A stretch of 38,643 nt of DNA from an uncultured Lentisphaerota bacterium (GTDB lineage: Bacteria; Verrucomicrobiota; Lentisphaeria; Oligosphaerales; CAITYL01), in NCBI GenBank assembly GCA_903896595.1, contig CAITYL010000338.1, positions 1 through 38,643 on the forward strand. Reading direction: 5' to 3'. Below are positions 12,332 to 20,981 of the stretch, in pieces (position 1 is the first letter of the stretch; each line of letters starts with the position of its first letter). The notes below the pieces were generated by a model. It worked only from the letters and a program-made list of their open reading frames with translations. It ran no database searches and was not told the origin of the DNA. The position numbers and the translations under genes are program-made.

Positions 12332-12797
12332 GATCCAGGCTCCTTGTGGGGGATGGGTAATGAGGGAAAAGGTGGGTTGTGAATTTTTTAACGGATCAGA
12401 TTAACATATAGCGTGGCGCCCGTTTTTCAACCGCGAAACCGCGGTCCACGCGGGCCGCGCTGGAACCTCAGACATCCTGACCTGATATGAATTGGGCTTG
12501 GCACCATCCGACCCCATTCGAGTGGGATGATCGAGCGCGAGCGCGAGCGCGAAAAAACCAAAACCAATCGGCACTTCGCGCTCAGCGTAGCGGCGCTCGC
12601 GCGTCGCCGTCGAATCCGTCACCTTTCCCCAAGCCTGTAAAGAACCCATGGAACCCGATAGCCCAACAAATACCCATACGGTCACCAAACCGCTGAACTG
12701 GTATCGTACGTCTCTGGGTCAATAAGTTCCCCGCCGCTTGGAATGGGGGGTCGGAAAACCTAATCGGCTCCCACCAGCGCATTCATTCCTAAAACCA

Positions 12798-12836
12798 AAC
12801 CGCTTGGAAATTTTCTACATTTCCAGCGGTTTTATG
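12798..12836. terminator. Hairpin with a U-tract at the left island border.
   Basis: aaccgcttggaaat-tttctac-atttccagcggtt followed by ttttatgg. Confidence 0.35.
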
Positions 12837-12885
12837 GCTTGTGCAACGGGTTTTGGCGCACTATTTTTCATGCTTCACATGAAAT

Positions 12886-12931
12886 ACTGACAGGAATTTT
12901 GATTTCAGGGATTGGGTCGGGCGGGGGAAAT
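12886..12931 (+). repeat. Island repeat family D, copy R1.
   Basis: actgacaggAATTTTGATTTCAGGGATTGGGTCGGGCGGGGGaaat. The same ~50-nt core recurs at 13706, 22380 and 23229, all on the same strand. Confidence 0.6.
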
Positions 12932-12982
12932 TTGGCTGATCGCTTTCGTGCAAGCTACACAAGTGAATTTGAGAATTGTTGA

Positions 12983-13615
12983 ATGATAAAAAGTTTGCAT
13001 CAAAATACCACAAGGGAAAAAATGAAAAAATTAAAGACACCCAAACTCCCAGAATCGATAACGGAACTGAACGAGACGCAGGCTAAGTGTCTGTCTTATC
13101 TCTATGATGAGTCAGATCGTGGTTGCGTGCTTGTTGCGAGTGGACTCATCGATGTGGCACTTGAGAGTTTATTCAAAGTTAAGTTGTTCCCAACGAAACT
13201 TAGCCAAGACAATGAGAACGCCATATTCAGCCCCATGGGTCCCTTGGGTGCGTTTTCGGCAAGAATCAAATTGGCCTATGCTCTGGGTTATGTCACCAAG
13301 ATTATCCATGACGATCTGAATTTGATACGTGCGCTTCGGAACTATTGCGCCCACAGTTACGTTGGGCCAGATTTTGATGATAACGAGTTTGCTCTGAAAG
13401 TTTCAGCCATTCAGACTGGAAAAACGATCTACAACTCCGTTATCGCTCAATTTCCATGCACCGAGAATTCAGCGTCTGACAGCTTGAATGACGTTGATGG
13501 AAGAGAGTTCTTGCCATCACGATTTCAATTCATGATATGCGCAGCCGAGATCGCGCACCAGATATTAGATCTTATACGCACGTCGGCTACTGAACACAAT
13601 GTTCAGCCGACATGA
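12983..13615 (+). CDS. HEPN-like protein (Rx4H motif; MtlR/DUF4145/Abi-like branch). The start may instead be the internal ATG at 13022.
   Basis: LIRALRNYCAHSYVG carries the R-x4-H HEPN signature. The gene is AT-rich (island composition); agggaaaaa RBS before 13022. Confidence 0.5.
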   Translation: MIKSLHQNTTREKMKKLKTPKLPESITELNETQAKCLSYLYDESDRGCVLVASGLIDVALESLFKVKLFPTKLSQDNENAIFSPMGPLGAFSARIKLAYALGYVTKIIHDDLNLIRALRNYCAHSYVGPDFDDNEFALKVSAIQTGKTIYNSVIAQFPCTENSASDSLNDVDGREFLPSRFQFMICAAEIAHQILDLIRTSATEHNVQPT

Positions 13616-13705
13616 CATAAGAACCTGATTTCCATGCCGACATTTTCTTGCAAAGGTCTTCAGGCGAACGGGGCGATGGCGGTGGGGCGGATTGATACGC
13701 CGGGG

Positions 13706-13756
13706 ACTGATAGAAATTTTAATTTCCTGGATTGGGTCGGGCGGGGGGAATAAACG
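13706..13756 (+). repeat. Island repeat family D, copy R2.
   Basis: actgatagaAATTTTAATTTCCTGGATTGGGTCGGGCGGGGGGAATAAACG. Confidence 0.6.
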
Positions 13757-13782
13757 CAAATCATGCTATCACATTGGTATGG

Positions 13783-14157
13783 CTAGTCTTCCAGAATTCC
13801 CACTCGGACAACGGCTTCACCAAGAATAAGCATCAATTCCAAATCAGGGGGTTGTTCGTATTCCGTTTCACTCAGTTTGGCCCGTGGTACTCGAAGATAT
13901 TTTCCCTCAGATCGACCAGTCACATACTGGCCAACATAAGTTTTGGAAGCGGCAAATTTTTGGCACCTTTTCCCCTTCATTTTAGTGCAGCTTAACGCTT
14001 CAGGGATTTTTATACAGCCATAGTTTTCGGGATGGCACGTAAAAATATCCAATTCTTCTTTGTCCAAGTAACGCCACCAGCATTCGTTTTCTGGGGTGTT
14101 AATTGAGAATTGTTTGTCCGTTGGTAGTGTTTTTCTTTTTACTGATAATGCTGACAT
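13783..14157 (-). CDS. Hypothetical Cys/Trp-rich small protein.
   Basis: 124-aa ORF, AT-rich, no recognisable motif. Confidence 0.45.
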   Translation of the reverse strand: MSALSVKRKTLPTDKQFSINTPENECWWRYLDKEELDIFTCHPENYGCIKIPEALSCTKMKGKRCQKFAASKTYVGQYVTGRSEGKYLRVPRAKLSETEYEQPPDLELMLILGEAVVRVGILED

Positions 14158-14803
14158 ATATATCCCTGTCGTTAGCCAAATGAAAGGGCTCAGTTTTGAG
14201 CCATCTCAGTTGGCACAGTTTTGGGCCATGAGGGTGCCCATTTGATGCTTCGCGTTTTGCTTCTCCCGACTTCATAACAAAAATCGGATTCTTCTGTTTT
14301 CTTGCTTATCTTCTTCCCCTCTTCACCGGTCATGGAGTTGCCAGTTTTGCACAAAACCGATCCAATACAGCTTGCTTAAATCGCATGCGAAGCCTGCCAT
14401 GGAGTGCGTTGAGGATCACCACCATGGTTTTGGGCGCTGGAAGCGCCCCTCCTGGACGGAAAACACGGTCAGGACAACGAAAGGCGGCTCCGCCGCCAAC
14501 CAAGGCGGCATTCCATGCCGCACTCCAAGGCGCGTATCATCCCATAAAAACGGTCAAAAATTTCACCCCAATGGCTGGGCACTCGAATGGCTAAAACGGT
14601 GCCAATCCCATGGCTCAAATCTGAGACTTTTGAGAGGATCGCCACACCCCAACGGTGGGAAATCTAGCGCTATCCCCACAAATCCCCCATAATGCCCCAG
14701 TATTCCCGCACTCCTCATTTAAAGCCGCTTTAGCTATCACAATACACCCTTATCCCTACGCCCTCGCATTTGGTTCCTAAAAGACAAGTTTGATACAAAT
14801 TGT

Positions 14804-15448
14804 TTACAACCCCCATTCGCGAAGAGGTATACTCGTGCCGTTTGGTTTATCCGGGCCAGGCTGATCCGGGTACCGTGCGTTTTGGCCCTCAGACCACATC
14901 ACCCGCAAGAAATCGTGATCGTACTCATCGAGATACTGCCCCCGCGCCCAGTTGTGGAGACGGTCGATGAGTGTTTTTGCAGCGGTCGTGTCGCCACCTC
15001 CGGTGCCTTTCCACTTGAGTATCTCAATGGTGGCGTGCGTCATTGCCTCAGCCATTACTTTTATTCGGGGACCAAAGACGAGGTCGGGTCCCGTTTCTCG
15101 CCCGAATATGTGCATGATCCCTGGATAACCACCATCGCAAGAATAGAAGACAAACGTACAGGCATTCGGTAGTTTTCCTCTAAGGAGGTGCGCAAGATCA
15201 TGCCAACGCACAGGGTTTTCCCATACATTGAACCCCATTAACGAACCGTGACCATGCCCACCGACAATAAGCACATTTAGGGACGTCTTGTCGAGAGCCA
15301 GTAAATGTGTTTTTAACTCATCCGGTGTCGTCACCTCATGCACGGTTAGATTCTGATTATTTTGGTCGCCCCATAAATTCAATTCCCGCCGTAAAGGTAG
15401 TTCTGCGGCATCGTTGGGAGGAAAACAACTCACATAATGAATTTTCAT
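14804..15448 (-). CDS. Small caspase-like (clan CD fold) cysteine peptidase candidate; last gene of the six-gene operon.
   Basis: A hydrophobic strand then His-Gly (NVLIVGGHGHG, His65/His67) and a second hydrophobic strand then Cys (TFVFYSCDGG, Cys104). The His-Cys spacing of about 38 aa is as in caspases and legumains. Strong RBS aggaga; 18 nt after the upstream gene. Confidence 0.45.
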   Translation of the reverse strand: MKIHYVSCFPPNDAAELPLRRELNLWGDQNNQNLTVHEVTTPDELKTHLLALDKTSLNVLIVGGHGHGSLMGFNVWENPVRWHDLAHLLRGKLPNACTFVFYSCDGGYPGIMHIFGRETGPDLVFGPRIKVMAEAMTHATIEILKWKGTGGGDTTAAKTLIDRLHNWARGQYLDEYDHDFLRVMWSEGQNARYPDQPGPDKPNGTSIPLREWGL

Positions 15449-15466
15449 GGCATCTCCTAATCTGGA

Positions 15467-16753
15467 TTATTGAGGCACAAGTTCACCATCCTTGAATTGG
15501 CCAACTTCCGTCGTTCCGTCCGGTGACGTCACTGTCACTTGGCCGTTGAGCTTGTCATCCTTCCATTCGCCGGCGCATTTCGTCCCGTCCGGTAACGTCC
15601 TTATTCCTTGACCATTGGCCATGCCGTGTTTGAATTCACCACCGTGTTTGGTTCCGTCCGATAACGTCAAGGTTCCGTGTCCATGCATCTTACCCTCCTT
15701 CCATTCACCGACGTACCCCATCCCGTTAGGAAGCGTCGTAGTTCCCTGGCCATTCCTCATGCCGTCCTTCCATTCACCGACGTATTTCTGCCCGTCCGAA
15801 AAAATGATCGTTCCCTGGCCATGCATCGTGCCATCCTTCCATTCACCAACGTACTCCTCTCCGTCAGGAAGCGTCGTTTTTCCCTGGCCATTCCTCATGC
15901 CGTCCTTCCATTCACCGACATACTTCGTTCCGTTCGGGAACGTCATGGTTCCCTGGCCATTGGGCTTGTAATCCTTCCATTCACCGACGTACACCTTCCC
16001 ATCAGAAAGTGTCATCGTTCCTTGGCCATTTTTCATCATATCCTTCCGCACACCGACAAAAAATTTTGACCAATTATGAATTGTGCCCAATAACATCAAA
16101 ACGCAAATGACAACAGTACAAAACCTAAGAATCCAGTTCCATTTCTTAAGTGTCCCATCCGTATTCGTCTTCTTGGTGTACACATTTCCCGTGATAACTA
16201 TAATGGAGGGGAATATCATGGCAAGAAATGCTAATGGCATTCCTACAAGCTGAAACGGGAAGTCGCCGGAATAAAAAAGGGCGGGGATACAAGGGAACAA
16301 TACCCAAAAAATAAAGCACAACAGTGCAAAGACATTGTGGGATTCAGCTCGTCGGCTCCATGGAACCTCATTATAATTGTAGTAGTTATTTTTACCGGAT
16401 ACTGGCACCGCACCACTTTGAAGCTTCTGGCCAGAAAGAAAGTTCCGCCCGCACATGGTACACAACACGGCGTCCGACTTGGCTGCGGCACCGCAAGACG
16501 GGCAGGTCTTTGTGCCACCGGACGCTACAGACGGATGGGACACGCCCGTGATCTTGAACTTGGGCTTAATCGCCTCTGGCGGCTTTTCCGGAACCAAGTT
16601 TTCAATATTGCGAGCGGCGGTCCATTCCGTCAGATCTTCTGTCCAGACCAGTGTGTCGGCGTTTAGCCCGTCGGTTTCAAGCAGGTGAACCAATTCATCT
16701 TCGCTAATCGGCCCCTGTTTCTCACCACCTTTTTCATAGTACCATGTCCGCAT
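15467..16753 (-). CDS. DUF4339 + zinc-ribbon + multi-TM + C-terminal MORN-repeat protein.
   Basis: N-terminus MRTWYYEKGGEKQGPISEDELVHL (DUF4339-like), CPSCGAAAKSDAVLCTMCGRNF zinc ribbon, 3-4 hydrophobic helices, then at least 7 MORN repeats (YVGEWKDGxxxGxGT). RBS gaaggga. Confidence 0.8.
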   Translation of the reverse strand: MRTWYYEKGGEKQGPISEDELVHLLETDGLNADTLVWTEDLTEWTAARNIENLVPEKPPEAIKPKFKITGVSHPSVASGGTKTCPSCGAAAKSDAVLCTMCGRNFLSGQKLQSGAVPVSGKNNYYNYNEVPWSRRAESHNVFALLCFIFWVLFPCIPALFYSGDFPFQLVGMPLAFLAMIFPSIIVITGNVYTKKTNTDGTLKKWNWILRFCTVVICVLMLLGTIHNWSKFFVGVRKDMMKNGQGTMTLSDGKVYVGEWKDYKPNGQGTMTFPNGTKYVGEWKDGMRNGQGKTTLPDGEEYVGEWKDGTMHGQGTIIFSDGQKYVGEWKDGMRNGQGTTTLPNGMGYVGEWKEGKMHGHGTLTLSDGTKHGGEFKHGMANGQGIRTLPDGTKCAGEWKDDKLNGQVTVTSPDGTTEVGQFKDGELVPQ

Positions 16754-16790
16754 ATTAGTTCCCTTCCATCAAACACCGTTGTTTTCATCA
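16545..16790. repeat. Copy 1 of an ~250-bp near-identical segmental duplication (5' ends of two DUF4339 paralogs plus their leaders).
   Basis: More than 90% identical to 17425-17674 over the gene start, RBS and about 40 nt of leader. Confidence 0.7.
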
Positions 16791-16847
16791 TAAACGCATC
16801 AAGTTTACGCTTCGCATGTCGTATGCAATAAAGGCACATGCAGTTGT

Positions 16848-17636
16848 CTACATCGTTTTTTTCTTCTCTTTCTTCCAAACATTCATCAGGACATTAAGGA
16901 ATGTCTCGCCCTGGTTAAGAGGCGCGATCTCTATCTTAATTGTTTTGCCGGCGATCGAGGTTATTTCGATGACATCTCCCGTTAGCATTCCGTTGCGGTG
17001 ACGGATGTTCTCGATATCGGAGATATTGATGGAGTCATTATTACCGTCCTTATGGTAGATGATACGTTTTGTCGACAGAATCGCGGCTTCTGTTCCATTG
17101 AGCGACACTGTCACGTCGTAATAGGCGAGAATATCCTCGGAATTATCAAGAATCTTGTTATCCATAATGTACTTAGTAGCATATGATTCCATGCTGTTTG
17201 GAAGTTGGACTCCGCTTTCGGGATATTCGGGGCCGAAAAATAGCCACACCACCCCGACGACTACGGCAATCGTCAAGATCAATATCAGCGTTCCACATCC
17301 TACTAATAGAAATTTTAATTTCAGGCGCCGGATTTGGAGGGGGGACGAAATAGCATCCGATTTAACCTCAGCATCGCAGGATGGGCAAATATTTGTGTTA
17401 GCAACAACCGCCGACGGAGGGGGCACGTCTGGAATCTTGAACTGGGGCGTTATCTTCTGTGGCGGCTTTTCCGGAACCAAATTTTCAATATTGCGAGCGG
17501 CGGTCCATTCCGTCAGCTCTTCTGTCCAGACCAGTGTGTCGGCGTTTAGCCCGTCGATTTCAAACATGTGAACCAATTCATCTTCGCTAACCGGCCCCTG
17601 TTTCTCACCACCTTTTTCATAGTACCATGTCCGCAT
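16848..17636 (-). CDS. DUF4339 + zinc-ribbon + TM protein, a paralog of 15467-16753 without MORN repeats.
   Basis: The first ~55 aa are near-identical to the neighbouring gene; CPSCDAEVKSD; one TM helix; the C-terminal domain is unassigned. Confidence 0.8.
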   Translation of the reverse strand: MRTWYYEKGGEKQGPVSEDELVHMFEIDGLNADTLVWTEELTEWTAARNIENLVPEKPPQKITPQFKIPDVPPPSAVVANTNICPSCDAEVKSDAISSPLQIRRLKLKFLLVGCGTLILILTIAVVVGVVWLFFGPEYPESGVQLPNSMESYATKYIMDNKILDNSEDILAYYDVTVSLNGTEAAILSTKRIIYHKDGNNDSINISDIENIRHRNGMLTGDVIEITSIAGKTIKIEIAPLNQGETFLNVLMNVWKKEKKKTM

Positions 17637-17674
17637 ATTAGTTCCCTATTCATCAAACGCCGTTGTTTTCATGA
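17425..17674. repeat. Copy 2 of the ~250-bp duplication.
   Basis: See copy 1. Confidence 0.7.
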
Positions 17675-17681
17675 ACTGGTT

Positions 17682-20480
17682 TCATTGTTTTTCTCCGACG
17701 TACTTGTCATTCCTCCATATCCCGTCCTTACTTTCAGAGCCATCAGCGGCGATTATCTTTCCACGGCCATGAAATTTGTCGTCTTGAAATTCTCCAACGT
17801 ATTTTTTCTTTCCATCCCACGATGTCAACGTCCCATTCCCATTAAATTGGCCATTTCTAAATTCACCAACATACATCTTTCCATCCGGAAACATCTTTTC
17901 TCCCAGGCCACTGAAATTGCCGTCCTCGAACTTGCCGACATATTTCTGTCCGTCCGGTGACGTCATCGTTCCTTGGCCATTTGGCAAACCATTTTTAAAC
18001 TCGCCAACGACTTTTATTCCGTTGGGGAAACTCAATGTTCCTTGGCCATTGAGTTTGTTATCCTTGAATTCACCAACGCATTTTGTTCCATCTACTAATG
18101 TTTTTGTCGCTTGGCCACAGCAGATGCTGTCTTTGAATTCCCCAATGTACGTCGTTCCTTCCCGCGTGGTCAATGTTCCTTGACCATTAACTAATCCGTT
18201 TTTAAATTGACCAACGTATTTATCTCCTTCGGGCGTAATCAATGTTCCTTGACTAGACCGTCCGTCCTTAAATTCACCAATGTATTTTCTTCCATCTTTA
18301 AAAGTGAATGTTCCATGGCCATTCATTTTGCCGTTTTTCCATTTTCCGACGTATATTCCGTCGTCCTGATAAATCATTGCTTTGATCTCATTAAACTTGG
18401 CCAAGGCAGCCGCATAAGCGTTCTTGCCTTCCTGGTACCGGGAGGAATGGCTGACGCACTCCTCGCCGAGCTGTTTTTGTGACTCCACTTCCGCCCATTT
18501 TTCGCCCCCCCCCTGGCTGAACGTCACAAGATCTGCCTCTTTCAATACGCTCTCAAACGCCTGCCGCGCTTTCCAATACTCCAAAAACTTGGCCGCCGGT
18601 TCCCATTTCGGTGCCAGTGTTATCGAGATACGTGCAACCTCCTCATAGTTTTTTGTACTCAAAGCGTTCCGATAGTCCGATTTCTGTTTCATCCGAATGC
18701 CGAGACTGCATCCGCCCCAGATCACAAGAATACCAACTCCCGCCCATGCACAGCGCTTGAAGGTCAGATACGACATCAGTGATATTGTGGGTTTAGCGTC
18801 CATGGGACTAGTCCCAGCGCTGTTATGTGGCACAGCCACCATGGTTCCAGTAAAACCGAGGAGCACTTTAGCCGTCCGATCTGCAAAATTATCCCATTTA
18901 CCCAGTAGCTCGATATTATCGTTCAGCTTATTCTGGTCGGCAGCCTCCTTTATGCTTTTACGTATTTCCTCAATGGTTGTGGTGGGATAAAGGGCTTCAA
19001 GCGCCTGCCGCACCGGTACGGGGGCGTTTAGCCAAAGTCGTGACAGGAACGCAAGACGATTATAGATAAATGATTTCCATGGGATTCCATCCGGAGACAA
19101 CCAACCTACAGTAATTACAACAATCAAAACCCCAAGCCATGAAAAAATGAACGTTAGTATTCTACTGCCGGCCAAAAATTGCTGGGTATCGTCTCCAAAT
19201 AACGCACAAAATGGGGCAAATATCGTACGAAGAAGGAAGTTAATTTCAGCACCTTCACCGTTTAAATAATAACCAATCGATAAAAAAAGTGCGATGACTG
19301 CATATGCGAACCAGATCCAAAAGTATATTCCATTAAGGGTATCAATTTGTTTTTGTTTCTGCCAGGCTAGCGCAGCTTCATTGGCTACAGCCGACACATC
19401 CAAAGGAAAATCCCCGGAGATGTTGCCATTCTGCAGATTTACAAAATGACGGAAATCGGAACCTTCCACGGCGTATCTCACAACGGCAAATGGAAGATAT
19501 ATCAGCGTGAAAGAACGAGACTGTAACTGTGGACTTACATGCCTGAGCCGACACACACAAGGCTCGCTTGCTTTTCGCGCCATGTCATCCAAAATCGATT
19601 GCGACCAAATTTTTTTCTGGGAGATCGAAGGCGATGTAATAGAGAAGCCTGTATCAGTACGGGGGGGATCACTGGGGTTAGCCTCGGCATCAAACCCGTC
19701 CTTTACCACTTTGACTTGCACATCTGAGAGGCCGTGCGCCGCAGGAAATCCGACGGTCTCGTCGAAACATGCCTGTCCTGAACTCGGCGTCCAAACAGTC
19801 CTGGTTTTTTGAACCGGCTCGTTTGTCTCATAGCTGCGCCCATCCACATTTTTGGTGACTTTTTGCCATTCAGTGTAGGTCTCTTCGTGAGGATTATCTC
19901 CTGTCCATGCGCAAGTCCCCTTAACGCAAATCTTCCAGAAGGGAAAAAAAACGCCTTTTATGTCCATCGCCAACGCATCGGTGTTCTTTAGCCCACATTC
20001 GTCCTTTTGGATGGTATCGATTATCCGATTCCGGACATCCTGAAGCGATAAGGCCGGTTCGATGTAGCCAATGTCCAGTGTCGGCCCGTTGAGATCCAGG
20101 AGCGATGCGTCACGCGTCTTGGGTGTATGCACCATGCTCTTGCTGCCACAGAAAAGGCAACTGGCGATTTCTTCATCACGACGCAAATCCAATTGCGCAC
20201 CGCAGCTTTTACACGCAGCCACTTCCAGAACTGACGAAGGCGGAGCAGCGGGGGATTTAGGTGCCCCCATGAAGACTTGTGATTTGGGTAATGGCGGTGG
20301 TTGCGCTGTGCGCGCGGACGGTTTTGGCAAGGGCGGTGGTTGCGGGGGCGCATGCGGTTTTACGCTTGGAACAACAATGGGTTGCTGACAGGAAGGACAC
20401 TCAACGGTCGTCCCCCTGTCGGAGTCATCGACTTGCAGGTTTTGCCCACAGTGAGCGCAAAAGAATTTTAAATTTCCCAT
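17682..20480 (-). CDS. Large (932 aa) protein with double zinc ribbons, a Pro-rich segment, multi-TM region and C-terminal MORN repeats.
   Basis: CAHCGQNL...CPSCQQ and CKSCGAQL...CLFCGS ribbons, a PPQPPPLPKP linker, hydrophobic helices at about 400-470, and about 10 MORN repeats at the C-terminus. RBS ggggga. Confidence 0.8.
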   Translation of the reverse strand: MGNLKFFCAHCGQNLQVDDSDRGTTVECPSCQQPIVVPSVKPHAPPQPPPLPKPSARTAQPPPLPKSQVFMGAPKSPAAPPSSVLEVAACKSCGAQLDLRRDEEIASCLFCGSKSMVHTPKTRDASLLDLNGPTLDIGYIEPALSLQDVRNRIIDTIQKDECGLKNTDALAMDIKGVFFPFWKICVKGTCAWTGDNPHEETYTEWQKVTKNVDGRSYETNEPVQKTRTVWTPSSGQACFDETVGFPAAHGLSDVQVKVVKDGFDAEANPSDPPRTDTGFSITSPSISQKKIWSQSILDDMARKASEPCVCRLRHVSPQLQSRSFTLIYLPFAVVRYAVEGSDFRHFVNLQNGNISGDFPLDVSAVANEAALAWQKQKQIDTLNGIYFWIWFAYAVIALFLSIGYYLNGEGAEINFLLRTIFAPFCALFGDDTQQFLAGSRILTFIFSWLGVLIVVITVGWLSPDGIPWKSFIYNRLAFLSRLWLNAPVPVRQALEALYPTTTIEEIRKSIKEAADQNKLNDNIELLGKWDNFADRTAKVLLGFTGTMVAVPHNSAGTSPMDAKPTISLMSYLTFKRCAWAGVGILVIWGGCSLGIRMKQKSDYRNALSTKNYEEVARISITLAPKWEPAAKFLEYWKARQAFESVLKEADLVTFSQGGGEKWAEVESQKQLGEECVSHSSRYQEGKNAYAAALAKFNEIKAMIYQDDGIYVGKWKNGKMNGHGTFTFKDGRKYIGEFKDGRSSQGTLITPEGDKYVGQFKNGLVNGQGTLTTREGTTYIGEFKDSICCGQATKTLVDGTKCVGEFKDNKLNGQGTLSFPNGIKVVGEFKNGLPNGQGTMTSPDGQKYVGKFEDGNFSGLGEKMFPDGKMYVGEFRNGQFNGNGTLTSWDGKKKYVGEFQDDKFHGRGKIIAADGSESKDGIWRNDKYVGEKQ

Positions 20481-20510
20481 TCGGATATCCCCCTACGTCT
20501 TTTGTCGAAT

Positions 20511-20981
20511 TCAGCCCTTGCCGGGGTCGGTTTTTTCGGCATGCAGCACGCTGAACCCAAGAAGCAGCGCAGTGATGGCGCATCCGACGAAAAGGACGAT
20601 TTGGAGCACGAGATGAATCCGCTCCGGGAACCAGTGGTTCGGCAGGACGCTATCCAGCAGGAGCAGGATCACGCTCACCGCACAGTAGCCACAGACGCCG
20701 AGGGCGACACCGGGGACCAGGCGGGCCAGGCCCCAGCGGTCGTGCGTGACCGCAATCGCGCGCAGCCAGAACCCCTGGGCGCCCCAGAAGAACAGGGACA
20801 GGCACAACAACCAAAACATTTTGCCCCAGAAGAGACCAGTTCTCTCACCAGCAGCGGTCAACAACAGCGGAACCAGAATCGCGACCACGGCGGTCAGCAG
20901 GAACCCGGCCACGCACACCACCAGGCTGTAGCGTAACGCCGGTGCGGAACCGCTCGGACAGGTGGGCCGGTTAGATTCCAT
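20511..20981 (-). CDS. 4-TM membrane protein (NfeD/YqiJ-like partner position).
   Basis: Four hydrophobic helices; its start overlaps the SPFH gene stop by 11 nt. Confidence 0.7.
   Translation of the reverse strand: MESNRPTCPSGSAPALRYSLVVCVAGFLLTAVVAILVPLLLTAAGERTGLFWGKMFWLLCLSLFFWGAQGFWLRAIAVTHDRWGLARLVPGVALGVCGYCAVSVILLLLDSVLPNHWFPERIHLVLQIVLFVGCAITALLLGFSVLHAEKTDPGKG

Noticed and set aside
12531-12560. (cgagcg)x4 microsatellite upstream of PFOR.
   Set aside because: It is short, GC-type low complexity, and probably insignificant.
14372-14692. Track ORFs 14372-14692 and 14385-14594.
   Set aside because: They have no RBS, a low-complexity basic composition and no homologous motif. The region is treated as non-coding or degraded.
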